Made by a program: the position numbers and the translations under genes
The notes under the pieces: model-generated
The model's input: only the letters and a program-made list of their open reading frames with translations
Database searches by the model: none
What the model was told of the DNA's origin: nothing
Shown here: positions 23,979-33,452 of the stretch, in pieces
Numbering within the stretch: the stretch's first letter is position 1
How the letters are laid out: the number at the start of each line of letters is the position of its first letter
IMG/VR virus record: IMGVR_UViG_3300047282_000437
Coordinates: 1 to 34,415 of that record
Source of the DNA: a virus
Taxonomy: Duplodnaviria; Caudoviricetes
Reading direction: 5' to 3' (one strand)
Length of the DNA: 34,415 nt

Positions 23979-26479
23979 CAGTTAAAAAATGATTCAATGT
24001 TTACAGTTTTTTCCACATTCCATCCAATCACATCAAGAATAGATTTGAGTGGATCTATGAAACTCTTTTCAAATTGTAATTCATAATCTATGTATTTGTC
24101 AAGTCCAAGTTCTTTTGGAAATTCCTGAATAAAGGAAATAACATTTTCATGAATTATATTTGGTTTTTTGAGAAAAATATACTTAACTTTTTCACCATTA
24201 GCAATTAGTGAGTACTTATTAGTCAATTTCTTTTCCTTTATATAATGATTAAAAAGAAGTGCCCCACGAATATGAATAGGAGTTTTATGGGCATAAATGG
24301 TTGATGATGCCGCATACTTACGAACATCAGAGGCAGTTCTTGGGAATGCAATCTCTTCTGGAGGAAGTTTTTTAAAGTTCTCACGACATTGATCAATAAA
24401 CTCAATTACATCTTCTTCAGTTCCACTCATCATCAACTTGAGACCATCCTTAATCATTTTGCGACAAGGGGCAGGAGTTGAAGATTTGATTGCCTCAATG
24501 CCCATAATCTTCAGTTTGGGTTCTTCATAACGAACACCCTCACTATCCCACACATTCAAGATATAACGCTTTTTGGCGGTCCAGATTCCACGTTCGGCAA
24601 TGTTCTCACGCTTCATCTGCATCTTCTGATCATAAGCATTCACATACTCAGCCAGTTCTTGGTAGCAACCTTCAATATACTTCTCAAGTTCCACCTGACA
24701 GATCTTATCAAGGAACGAAACAACGCTTTGAGTAGTTTTCTCTCTTCCCTTGTATACAGTTTCAACCAGAGGACCCATATTAAGGTAAATAGAATCAGTA
24801 TCTGAAGCAATAACATAATCAACTCCATCAGTTTTGAGAATCTTGTTTAGATAGGCATTCATCTTGTTTTCAATCCAACGGATAGATACCTGACCAGACA
24901 AGGTGATTGCCTCAGCGTTTGCTAGTTTGTAATAACGGAAATACTGATTGCCGATAGCACCATAAGCAGAGTTAAGTTGAATCTTCCTCGCCATTTGGAT
25001 GTTGTTACACCTAGCAATCTCTTTTTCCAGTTCCTTTGTCTTTTTCTTTTCATACTCTTGTTTTGCCGCAAGCATTTTCTTTTTGTAGATGGTGCGGTCC
25101 TGATAGATCTTCTCCATCAGTTCAGGAAGGAATCCACGTACATCCTTACGGAACATTGCTCCGTTCGCACACACTGCCTTATCCTTATACAGTTCAAATG
25201 TAATGTCCTGGTTCAGGATCTTATCCACAGTCACAGTCGGGTGCCTCTCATCCAAAAGAGTTTCTGGTGAGATGTTGTATTGCATAATGAGGTGAGGATA
25301 CAGTGAGTTCAAGTCAAAACTCACAACCCAATCATATTTTCCAGGAATGGGTTCCTTCACATAGGCACCTGCATACTTGGAATCTTTATCAGACTTCTCT
25401 TTGGGAGGAATTACAATGTTCCTTTCCTTCAAGTAGTTATAGATGATTGTATCCCACATCCGCACTTGTGAGAACACATCAGCATAGTTTGCTTTTGCAT
25501 CATATGCCATCGTGATTGCAAGCTCAATCAGTTTCATCTTATCTTCCAGACGGTCAACAAGTTCAACGTCAATGATATTATACTCTACAAACTTCTGCCA
25601 CCCTTTAGTGTAGAAATCCTTAAATGTATCAAACTCAGAGTGATCTAGTTTCTTCTGCCCCAGTTCCACATTTGCAATGTGATCCAGACGATAGGATTCT
25701 TGTGCCTTATAAGTAAACTTCTTATAGAGGTTAAGATAATCAAGTTGAGTAATACCACCCACATCATATGAAATATGCTTGCGACCTGCGATGTAGATCT
25801 CACTTTCAGTCACAAGACCCCAAGGAGACATACGCTTCATCAGTTTCTCACCCAGAACACGATCCAGACGACGAACCAAGTATGGAATATCGTAAAGTTC
25901 ACTGTTCCACCCAGTCACAACTTCTGGAGTATTGCTTTCAACCATCCACCAATTAATAAAGTCATTAAGGAGGTCATATTCACTGGAGAAAGAACGATAT
26001 TCAACATTTTTCTGTTGATTTTTGAAAGGACCTTGCCCCCAAGTACGGATTTTCTTAGAAGAATAATCTTGAATAGTAATAAGAAGTACTTCCTCTGCGG
26101 CAGATTCTACATCAGGGAATCCATTCTCTGATGCAACCTCGATATCAAGAGTAGTAACTTTAATCTTACTAATATCAAACTTTAGTTCCTCTTCAGGATA
26201 CATTTCAGAAATGTACTGATAAATGTATCCAGTATTTCCATAAATTTTAAAGTTTTCTACGCCCTCATATCGTTTGATAAACTCACGACAGTCACGAACA
26301 GAACCAGGTTGAACTGATTCAACATACTCCCCATTCAAAGTCTGATATTTAGTTTTTTTATTAGAAGGGACAAAAAGAGTCGGGTTAAATTTCTCACGGG
26401 TCATAAAGTGTTTTCCATCTTCATAACCACGAACCAAGAAATGATCCCCGACCATTTGAACGTTTGTATAAAATCTCAT
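23978..26479 (-). CDS. gp43: Family B DNA polymerase (T4 gp43-like)
   Basis: DIEV exonuclease, SFDLNSLYP, KIQLNSAYG, SDTDS, KKRY motifs. Confidence 0.98.
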   Translation of the reverse strand: MRFYTNVQMVGDHFLVRGYEDGKHFMTREKFNPTLFVPSNKKTKYQTLNGEYVESVQPGSVRDCREFIKRYEGVENFKIYGNTGYIYQYISEMYPEEELKFDISKIKVTTLDIEVASENGFPDVESAAEEVLLITIQDYSSKKIRTWGQGPFKNQQKNVEYRSFSSEYDLLNDFINWWMVESNTPEVVTGWNSELYDIPYLVRRLDRVLGEKLMKRMSPWGLVTESEIYIAGRKHISYDVGGITQLDYLNLYKKFTYKAQESYRLDHIANVELGQKKLDHSEFDTFKDFYTKGWQKFVEYNIIDVELVDRLEDKMKLIELAITMAYDAKANYADVFSQVRMWDTIIYNYLKERNIVIPPKEKSDKDSKYAGAYVKEPIPGKYDWVVSFDLNSLYPHLIMQYNISPETLLDERHPTVTVDKILNQDITFELYKDKAVCANGAMFRKDVRGFLPELMEKIYQDRTIYKKKMLAAKQEYEKKKTKELEKEIARCNNIQMARKIQLNSAYGAIGNQYFRYYKLANAEAITLSGQVSIRWIENKMNAYLNKILKTDGVDYVIASDTDSIYLNMGPLVETVYKGREKTTQSVVSFLDKICQVELEKYIEGCYQELAEYVNAYDQKMQMKRENIAERGIWTAKKRYILNVWDSEGVRYEEPKLKIMGIEAIKSSTPAPCRKMIKDGLKLMMSGTEEDVIEFIDQCRENFKKLPPEEIAFPRTASDVRKYAASSTIYAHKTPIHIRGALLFNHYIKEKKLTNKYSLIANGEKVKYIFLKKPNIIHENVISFIQEFPKELGLDKYIDYELQFEKSFIDPLKSILDVIGWNVEKTVNIESFFN

Positions 26480-26754
26480 CAGGCAATCATTTCAAAGTAT
26501 TTGGAAAGAAGTTCTGGAATAGGATCTACTATAGTAAGTATACTATCTGAATGAAGCATAATTTCATTCTGCAATGTAAAAGTAATCCACGGTTCTAAAG
26601 TAAAAGAATTAGTAAAAGAATTAGATTGTTCAACTAATTTGAATGGTTTAGTAAGTTTACAATCAGGTTCCCCAAGTTCAGATCCTATTTCCACGATTTC
26701 CGAAATTAAAACGGTATCATTCTTGAGAAGAAGACACTTAATTATTTGTTCCAT
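26479..26754 (-). CDS. Small hypothetical protein (Sm-like fold candidate)
   Basis: 91-aa ORF resembling its upstream neighbour. Confidence 0.75.
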   Translation of the reverse strand: MEQIIKCLLLKNDTVLISEIVEIGSELGEPDCKLTKPFKLVEQSNSFTNSFTLEPWITFTLQNEIMLHSDSILTIVDPIPELLSKYFEMIA

Positions 26755-27043
26755 TTACTTTCTCCAAGTACATTTCTTTAACACTATCTATCGGTTCAAC
26801 AATTGTCACAACATAATTAGTTGGAACTGCTATTTCTTTGTCTGCGGACAGTAACATCCACTGTGAAAAAGTAATTTCATAAGACCTTTCATCATCTTGT
26901 TCAGAAATCAAGAAAGGTTTATTAATTGTTACTTTCTGTGGGTTGGTAAAAAGGTATGCTACTGGTTTATCTTCGGAGATTACTTCTTTAACATCAGTAA
27001 TAATCTGATCGCCAGACCTTAACAAAATTACTTTTATTGACAC
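26738..27043 (-). CDS. Small hypothetical protein (Sm-like fold candidate), GTG start
   Basis: IKVILLRSGDQII motif; AGGAG RBS; TG-extended TATAAT upstream (27071-27066). Confidence 0.78.
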   Translation of the reverse strand: MSIKVILLRSGDQIITDVKEVISEDKPVAYLFTNPQKVTINKPFLISEQDDERSYEITFSQWMLLSADKEIAVPTNYVVTIVEPIDSVKEMYLEKVNGTNN

Positions 27044-27085
27044 TTTTTTTATTGCTCCTATACGTATTATACCATAAAAACCATT

Positions 27086-27126
27086 AAAAAGGGGAGGTGT
27101 TACTGGATTTTGCCAGTTACCTCCCT
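27086..27126 (-). terminator. Long intrinsic terminator
   Basis: GGGAGGT-A-ACTGG-CAAAAT-CCAGT-AAC-ACCTCCC then C-TTTTT. Confidence 0.75.
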
Positions 27127-27150
27127 GCGGCGACGATATTCAATTATTAT

Positions 27151-27303
27151 TTAGTCTCCACCATTTCCACCAGCACTTGAAGAAGATTTTTTAGCATACG
27201 CTTTACCCTTTGGTAACCCTAAATTTGGTTTTGCCATTGGATAATTAATAATCTTGATGGGATTCATTTTAGATTCTTCAATGAATTGTTGAAAAGTTTT
27301 CAT
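27151..27303 (-). CDS. 50-aa late peptide with capsid-targeting-like N-terminus (MKTFQQFIEESK...)
   Basis: CTAAATA overlapping the hsp20 stop; MKTFQQFIEE close to T4 CTS MKTYQEFIAE; absent from the ORF track. Confidence 0.7.
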   Translation of the reverse strand: MKTFQQFIEESKMNPIKIINYPMAKPNLGLPKGKAYAKKSSSSAGGNGGD

Positions 27304-27315
27304 TTTTTATTTTAT

Positions 27316-27750
27316 TTAGAGATAGTCTTTTCTCTTATGATGATCCGGAACTATCCTACCTAAAGTTATGCTTAAAAGTCCATCTTCAAAGTCAACAGAT
27401 TTAACCTCTGTGTCATCAGAAAGTGTCCATGACCGTGTAAAACTTCTTTGTGCTAGACCTTTATGCACATACTTGTTATCAGTTTCTTTGTCTTCCTTCT
27501 GTCCTTCTACAAAAAGTTTACCATCTTGAGTGTACACATAGACTTCTTTCTTTTTGAATCCAGCAAGTGCGAGTTCTAGTCTTGATTCAACACTACTCAA
27601 TTGAACCAAATTATAAGGTGGATAATTAGAAGTAGTTTCGTGAATATTGAATAGACGGTCAAAATACTCGTCCATTCCGATACTGTGTCGAGTAATCCTG
27701 TCCATCAAGGCAGGCAAATCCGAAGCAGTATACCTTGTAAGGTTAGTCAT
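27316..27750 (-). CDS. hsp20: Small heat-shock protein
   Basis: NYPPYNL, ELALAGF, HKGLAQRSFTRSW, FEDGLL motifs; AAGGAG RBS. Confidence 0.95.
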   Translation of the reverse strand: MTNLTRYTASDLPALMDRITRHSIGMDEYFDRLFNIHETTSNYPPYNLVQLSSVESRLELALAGFKKKEVYVYTQDGKLFVEGQKEDKETDNKYVHKGLAQRSFTRSWTLSDDTEVKSVDFEDGLLSITLGRIVPDHHKRKDYL

Positions 27751-27827
27751 TATAGTATCTCCTTTAAAAGCGAGTTTGTTTTTTGTGGACCCTTTCGGCG
27801 TCCTTAAAATTATATATCCAAAGACAC

Positions 27828-27852
27828 AAAAAAAGGGAGTGTTGAACTCCCT
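27828..27852 (-). terminator. Intrinsic terminator after regA
   Basis: AGGGAGT-TCAAC-ACTCCCTTTTTT. Confidence 0.8.
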
Positions 27853-27858
27853 ACAAAA

Positions 27859-28299
27859 TCATTCGGTTTCTTCCACCTTTTTCTTTTTAGCACCAATATT
27901 ATACTTGGTTTCTAGAATCCAATCTCCCTTGTCTTTGTAGGCAAGGACTTTGATTTGATTCAAAGGAGCAATATCCTGAATTTTTGTAGTATCCACGATC
28001 TCAATTAAACCCCAATCAGCAATTAATTGGGCAATACGATTGCGACGCTGAACATCGTTCACAGTTAGATTTGCATGTTTGCCATCTAGAGCAAACAATT
28101 CTTTAAAGTGAACGAGGTAATATCTACCCTGCTTGTGAAGAATATGGCAAGATTGATAGATTTTCTTTTCCTTCCTTGAAGCCACTCCGATGCGGGTCAA
28201 AGTCTCACGAACTTTCAAAAAGTCGTCAGGTTCATTGAGAATCACTTCCACCATTTGATCGGGCGTCCACTTCACTTCAGGTTCTTGAACGACACTCAT
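27859..28299 (-). CDS. regA: Translational repressor RegA
   Basis: DDFLKVRETLTRIG, YQSCHILHKQG.YY.VHFKE. Confidence 0.96.
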   Translation of the reverse strand: MSVVQEPEVKWTPDQMVEVILNEPDDFLKVRETLTRIGVASRKEKKIYQSCHILHKQGRYYLVHFKELFALDGKHANLTVNDVQRRNRIAQLIADWGLIEIVDTTKIQDIAPLNQIKVLAYKDKGDWILETKYNIGAKKKKVEETE

Positions 28300-28676
28300 T
28301 TTTTTCCTCCAGTTTCAAATTTTGATTTTATAAAATTAAGTTGTTCTTTAGTAAGAATCCTCAAAGATTGTTTTGCCTTTTCATTACTATAACCATAGTA
28401 ACGTTTAACATAATCAAGGTCTTTGATTTTATCTTGACGGAGCCAGGGAGAAAATCTCTTCTTTTTCCTCAGACTATTTATAAAAAAATCATACTGCATC
28501 TTCTTTGAGAGAAAATGATAACGATTCATTTCATTTGCATACATAATACAATCAATATGACCAGATAAGCAACGATTGATAATATAAGGTGCATATTCCT
28601 TCTCAAGCGAAGGATCCTCATCAATCAGATGATTCTTGGTTTGATTGATCGAGTTTAACCAGTCCTTCAATTCCAT
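28296..28676 (-). CDS. gp62: Clamp loader small subunit (T4 gp62-like)
   Basis: YAPYIINRCLS, ANEMN, RKKKRFSPW, YYGYSNEKA; start placed at MELKDW. Confidence 0.9.
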   Translation of the reverse strand: MELKDWLNSINQTKNHLIDEDPSLEKEYAPYIINRCLSGHIDCIMYANEMNRYHFLSKKMQYDFFINSLRKKKRFSPWLRQDKIKDLDYVKRYYGYSNEKAKQSLRILTKEQLNFIKSKFETGGKK

Positions 28677-29511
28677 AATTAAAAAGCAGTAGTTCTTTAC
28701 GTTGTTTTTGCTCTCGCATATAATCACCAACAGATCGCATGGTGTAAGTCAGATCAAACTCGGCAGCAGTCCATTTTCCACCAAGAAAACGTGCCTTTAC
28801 TAACTGATCTGTATTATAACTTACTAACATATCCATATTATTACTGTTGCAATCAGCAGCAAACTTATCGTGATCAAATCCTTTGTGCATTGATCCCTTT
28901 CTGCCATAGAGATTATCCTTAATGTCATAAGGAGGATCGAGATACATAAAAGCATCTTTGCTTCCATCCATCAGATAATCATAGGAATAGTTAGTTATAC
29001 GCCAATTAGCAATCAATTTTGAATATTCTGGAAGTTTCTCAATTCCACGCATTGAAAAGTTGGAGTTGGAAGCTTGTGCTGAAAACGATGAACTTTCTGT
29101 GAGACCACTGAAAGAACACTTATTGACAATATAAAATGAAAAGGCACGACAAAAATCAGTCATATCCTTATCATTAATCCTCTCCTTAGAAAGTAAGAAA
29201 AGTTCTTTTGCTTTATCTGGAGTATTATAAGTGCTTTTAAGATCTGTAAGAATATTGGTAAGTTCAATACCAAACATCTGGAGTTGTTGCCAGAAATTTA
29301 CAAGAGGTTCGTAAAGATCATTCACCCAAATATCTAGGTGAGGATATTTCTTCGTGATATGAATCGCAACGCTTCCACCACCAAGAAAGGATTCTCGGAA
29401 TTCTTTGTAATTACGAAGATCTGGAAAATATGGGTCCATCTTAACGCAAGCACGGGACTTGCCGCCAGGATACCTTAAACAAGTTTTTAATTGTTTTTGA
29501 GTTACTTTCAT
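28621..29511 (-). CDS. dam: Dam-family DNA adenine methyltransferase
   Basis: LRYPGGKS, FLGGGSV, VNDL and YLDPPY motifs. Confidence 0.92.
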   Translation of the reverse strand: MKVTQKQLKTCLRYPGGKSRACVKMDPYFPDLRNYKEFRESFLGGGSVAIHITKKYPHLDIWVNDLYEPLVNFWQQLQMFGIELTNILTDLKSTYNTPDKAKELFLLSKERINDKDMTDFCRAFSFYIVNKCSFSGLTESSSFSAQASNSNFSMRGIEKLPEYSKLIANWRITNYSYDYLMDGSKDAFMYLDPPYDIKDNLYGRKGSMHKGFDHDKFAADCNSNNMDMLVSYNTDQLVKARFLGGKWTAAEFDLTYTMRSVGDYMREQKQRKELLLFNYGIEGLVKLDQSNQESSD

Positions 29512-30026
29512 ACCGATTCCTTAATCAATTGATAAAGTTTAGCAGCAAAATCACCTTTATTTACTGGCGATACATTTTTTGCCAAAAAAGTAATATCACT
29601 ATGGTTTACAGTAAATGCAACATTTGCATCTTTAAGTTTTGCATTTTTAATACAATCATCCCAAGAACAAATGCCAACACTATAGTTTTTAGTATCCCAG
29701 AGAAGCATATAATCAAATGTTTTTTCTGGTAGACCTAAATTTTTTCCTTGAAAGTTTTTTAATGTAATTTCTTTTGTATATGGAACTTCTTTTTGGAAGA
29801 TTCCATCCATACCTTTAGATTCGTAAGAAAGATTATCAATTATACCAATAAAATCCTTACCATTCTCACTATCACCAACATATCGAAGTTGTCCACCGCT
29901 ATACTTAGCAATAGCGATTTCTTGAACTTCTGCCCTCAAAGGGCGGGTTTGATTTCGTTTAAGTCCATTAGTAGACTCAATAACACCAAAAATTTCAGGA
30001 AAATTAAAAAGTTCAGGATTGATCAT
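29508..30026 (-). CDS. Hypothetical protein, possible PD-(D/E)XK nuclease
   Basis: 172 aa; E...KD.........YESK pattern; ATGA overlap with dam. Confidence 0.65.
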   Translation of the reverse strand: MINPELFNFPEIFGVIESTNGLKRNQTRPLRAEVQEIAIAKYSGGQLRYVGDSENGKDFIGIIDNLSYESKGMDGIFQKEVPYTKEITLKNFQGKNLGLPEKTFDYMLLWDTKNYSVGICSWDDCIKNAKLKDANVAFTVNHSDITFLAKNVSPVNKGDFAAKLYQLIKESV

Positions 30027-30240
30027 AATCAGGTTGGTTATATTTCAAATATTCAAAAAATGTAAGTTTCATTTCTTTCTGCGTCATACCACAGTGTTTT
30101 GCGGCAGCAGGAAGAGTCATCTTTGCCCGAAACAAACCTTCATTTGCTTCTTTCACATTCTCAGGAGTTGTCTTAACTGGAATTTCCACAAGACACAATT
30201 TGTTAATTTTATAAAAATTACTTACCATCATGCACCTCAA
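30013..30240 (-). CDS. Small hypothetical protein with HTH-like segment (start uncertain)
   Basis: MTLPAAAKHCGMTQKEM resembles a helix-turn-helix. Confidence 0.65.
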   Translation of the reverse strand: MRCMMVSNFYKINKLCLVEIPVKTTPENVKEANEGLFRAKMTLPAAAKHCGMTQKEMKLTFFEYLKYNQPDYDQS

Positions 30241-30412
30241 ATTCTGTAAGTTGATCTGAAGATACTACATGCAAATTATCAATCAAATACCAATGCTTAC
30301 CATCTTCTTTAAGACCCAAATATTTTAGACTGTCACCAAAATTATATTCACGCATTGCTGCTTGAATTTTAAGATGATACAATTCAGACTTTGTTGGTAT
30401 GTTCATTTCCAT
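30218..30412 (-). CDS. Hypothetical protein
   Basis: 64-aa ORF overlapping the gp44 stop. Confidence 0.65.
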   Translation of the reverse strand: MEMNIPTKSELYHLKIQAAMREYNFGDSLKYLGLKEDGKHWYLIDNLHVVSSDQLTEFEVHDGK

Positions 30413-31347
30413 TCACACTCACACATTATTTCTGTTAAGCAAGCAAGTAAGTTAATCTCTTGGTCGGCAACAAAGGCACATTGATATTGATACTTAGCAA
30501 TTACAAGAACCGCAGCAGGAATGCTGGTTGGTACAAGAGAATCATAACACGCATCGTAGATTCTGCGAAGCAATACAGTCGCATCATTATCAAGATTGGA
30601 AACTACCCACTTACGAACTTCGGGAAAATTCTTACCCTTCATATTCTTGATAAGTTCATTTACAGAGATGTCTGAGAAAGATGCAAGAATTCCCGAGTCA
30701 ATTTTTCCCCCTGTAGAGTATCTTTGACATTCGTTGAGGACTCTACGAAAATCTGGAAAGTGCTTGGATACCAATTCAGCAACGACCTTTTCATCATACT
30801 CAATTTTTTCCTGATCCAAGATTTTCTGAAGTCTTTTGAAAAACGATCCAGCAATTTGTTGTTTTTGTTTCCCCTTGATGGTGAAGTCAATGACTGCACA
30901 ACGGGAATGGAGAGGTTCGATGATTTTATTTTTGTAGTTACAGGTGAAGATGAATCGGCAGTTGTTATAAAATGCCTCAATATTTGCCCGTAGTAGGAGT
31001 TGAACATCTGCGGTTGTGTTGTCACTCTCATCCACAATGATGACTTTATGCCTACCATTTCCTTGAAGTGATACGGTCGAAGCAAAGTTCTTTGCTTGGT
31101 TCCGTACAGTATCCAGGAAACGTCCTTCGTCGGATCCGTTGATGACATAATAATCTGCTCCTAATTCATTGCATAGTGCCTTTGCGATTGTGGTTTTACC
31201 AATACCAGGAGGTCCAGAAAGAAGAAGATTTGGAATCTCACCCTTTTCTACAAACTCCTTGAATGTTTTTTTAGTATCATCTGGAAGAATACAGTCATCA
31301 ATTGTTTTTGGTCTGTATTTTTCACAAAATAAGAATTCACTTGTCAT
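30403..31347 (-). CDS. gp44: Clamp loader large subunit (T4 gp44-like)
   Basis: EKYRP, GPPGIGKT, IIVDE, PLHSRC, FPDFRR. Confidence 0.96.
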   Translation of the reverse strand: MTSEFLFCEKYRPKTIDDCILPDDTKKTFKEFVEKGEIPNLLLSGPPGIGKTTIAKALCNELGADYYVINGSDEGRFLDTVRNQAKNFASTVSLQGNGRHKVIIVDESDNTTADVQLLLRANIEAFYNNCRFIFTCNYKNKIIEPLHSRCAVIDFTIKGKQKQQIAGSFFKRLQKILDQEKIEYDEKVVAELVSKHFPDFRRVLNECQRYSTGGKIDSGILASFSDISVNELIKNMKGKNFPEVRKWVVSNLDNDATVLLRRIYDACYDSLVPTSIPAAVLVIAKYQYQCAFVADQEINLLACLTEIMCECEWK

Positions 31348-31350
31348 AAT

Positions 31351-31899
31351 TTAAATCCAATCAGGTTTTCTTTCAGGAATGCGAAGATAATTATCCGCAA
31401 CCCAGGGTTTGGATGCAATATACCTCTTATATGCTTCAAATGTATCAATGCTCGTATCAAGTTTCCATTCATCAGGCATTGCACGGGTAAATTCTACCAC
31501 ATTTTTGTAGATGGAAATCTCCCTTCCACTTTTAGTAGTAAAGATGTCCTCAGCAACTTCAAGTCCTTTCATACAGGCATGGTCTTTACCATAACGATGC
31601 CGATACTCATTGCAAAGAGCATACCCGTGTCGAATTAACCAAGCAAGATTCTCGTGAGACTTTGCTGCCCATTGAGTGCAAGGATGATTACGAAAGGCAC
31701 CCTTTTCAGTATTGTATGGGGTTTCATCTTTTTTAGGAATGGTGCCCCAATCATAATACCACTTGGAGTAGATGACAGAGATCATCTGACACGTCTCCAA
31801 GGGCATTTTTACTATATGTTTGTCAGGAAGTGCCGCAGCAGAAAGTACTGGGCACTGGTCATTCACAAAAATATTCATAATAAAATAATTAAAACTCAA
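31351..31899 (-). CDS. Pyrimidine-dimer DNA glycosylase/endonuclease V-like protein (start possibly 31878)
   Basis: MNIF...DKHIVKMPLETCQM and NHPCTQW motifs. Confidence 0.75.
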   Translation of the reverse strand: MSFNYFIMNIFVNDQCPVLSAAALPDKHIVKMPLETCQMISVIYSKWYYDWGTIPKKDETPYNTEKGAFRNHPCTQWAAKSHENLAWLIRHGYALCNEYRHRYGKDHACMKGLEVAEDIFTTKSGREISIYKNVVEFTRAMPDEWKLDTSIDTFEAYKRYIASKPWVADNYLRIPERKPDWI

Positions 31900-32567
31900 G
31901 AAAAATTACTATCAGATTCTAGAGTAATATAGTACTTCAGATTGTGCTTGGTATTCGTAAACTGAGACAAAAGTTTAGAAGACACTACCACATCATAATC
32001 GCCTTGAATAATTTTGATATTTTCTACCCTGAAATTAAAAGTGAACTCAGCATCAGTCTCACCAACTACAATTGCATATTCATTAGAAGTATCGTTTTTC
32101 TTATCACGAACCACTAGTTTGATAACACCTGCTTCACCAACTGCAGAAAGATCTGGAAGTTGATAGACCGCAGCTGCCTTAAGAAGTTTTTCCAGAGAAA
32201 TACCATCTAATTGGAAACATACCTCTTGAGATGGAAGTTGAATTTCTTTGTCGGGAGGAGACATAATTACATTAGGATCCGCATAAAAATACTTCACTCG
32301 TCGCTTACCTTCTTTGATGCTGAGATAAGATTCTTCAGTAAAGTCCAAGTCAGGATCCTGATGCAGACTCAATCCATTCAAAAATTGACTCAAATCATAG
32401 ATAGCGAAATCGCGAGGAAATTGTTCACTAATGTCCGCCTCGGCAAGAATATTTTTAGCAAGTGAAATTGTACGAAGACGATTTCCTTTTTTCACCAAAA
32501 TAGAACAATTGATATTTGCAAAATTTTTGAGGATTGTGAGTGTATTATCAGAAAGTTTCATAATCAA
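31896..32567 (-). CDS. gp45: Sliding clamp (T4 gp45-like)
   Basis: MKLS..T..ILKNFA.IN, FAIYDL..FL, YYITLE. Confidence 0.95.
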   Translation of the reverse strand: MIMKLSDNTLTILKNFANINCSILVKKGNRLRTISLAKNILAEADISEQFPRDFAIYDLSQFLNGLSLHQDPDLDFTEESYLSIKEGKRRVKYFYADPNVIMSPPDKEIQLPSQEVCFQLDGISLEKLLKAAAVYQLPDLSAVGEAGVIKLVVRDKKNDTSNEYAIVVGETDAEFTFNFRVENIKIIQGDYDVVVSSKLLSQFTNTKHNLKYYITLESDSNFS

Positions 32568-32998
32568 TAAGGAAAATCGGAGTTATTATTTTTGTGAAGT
32601 CCAGCAAAATGATAAAGAAGAACACAATAGTGGATTGCTTTCAAAATATCCATTCTTGATTTACCATTCTTCTTACCAAACCTAGAGAGATATTTGATAG
32701 CATTGGATCGGGTAAATGCTTCTGCATCACCAATACTCTCGATCAAATCAAGAGTCTGGGTTTTAGATTGTTCAGAAGTATAATGAGAATGGTAGGTACT
32801 GGAAAGATATTGCTCAACATCTTTCAAGGTTTTATCCTCTTCATACTTCCAAAAATTATTGGCGTTTTGTTTGCTCATATCAATATTAAGGGTTAGTTCA
32901 TTCATAAAAGGGAAAGGCATACTTTTACCTTCCCCAATTATATCATAAAGGGGGTTGTTGGTCAAGTTGTTGCTGGATAAGTTTTTGTCGTTCATCAA
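32564..32998 (-). CDS. DUF3310 / T7 gp1.7-like protein (start uncertain)
   Basis: HY....NAIKYLSRFGKKNG...DILKAIHY motif. Confidence 0.75.
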   Translation of the reverse strand: MMNDKNLSSNNLTNNPLYDIIGEGKSMPFPFMNELTLNIDMSKQNANNFWKYEEDKTLKDVEQYLSSTYHSHYTSEQSKTQTLDLIESIGDAEAFTRSNAIKYLSRFGKKNGKSRMDILKAIHYCVLLYHFAGLHKNNNSDFPY

Positions 32999-33452
32999 AA
33001 GAAAGATTTATCCAATAAAAATGTTTTGCCGCCATTTCAGCATCACTGTGTTTTTTATGACAAGTTTTACATAAGAGACGACATTTTTCAACTTCTTTCC
33101 ACCATATTTCGGCAGAATAGGGAAATGCACTTATAGTAAATAATTTTTGTGCTGGGTCAATATGATCAAATTCAAGATTTTCTATTGTTCCACACCATAC
33201 GCATTTTCCACCTAATTTTTGCTTTGCTTCCTCTTTTAATTTTTGTTTTCTTTTAACACTATTTTTTGCATTTTGTTCTTTGCATTTTTCTTTATTTTTT
33301 TCATAATACCGCAAATTACGTTCATTACATTTTTCTTTATTTTTATGATAGTATTCTCTATCAGCAAGACGCTTTGCTTCCTTTTGTTCTTCCGTCATTT
33401 TTTGACGATATTTTTTATTATACTCTGATTTTTCTTCCTCTGTATATGCCAT
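32943..33452 (-). CDS. HNH endonuclease with basic helical N-terminus
   Basis: CVWCG...LEFDHIDP...CRLLCKTCHKKH. Confidence 0.88.
   Translation of the reverse strand: MAYTEEEKSEYNKKYRQKMTEEQKEAKRLADREYYHKNKEKCNERNLRYYEKNKEKCKEQNAKNSVKRKQKLKEEAKQKLGGKCVWCGTIENLEFDHIDPAQKLFTISAFPYSAEIWWKEVEKCRLLCKTCHKKHSDAEMAAKHFYWINLSFDERQKLIQQQLDQQPPL

Noticed and set aside
23978-26479. Intron or intein in DNA polymerase
   Set aside because: Continuous 833-aa frame with normal motif spacing and no intein termini
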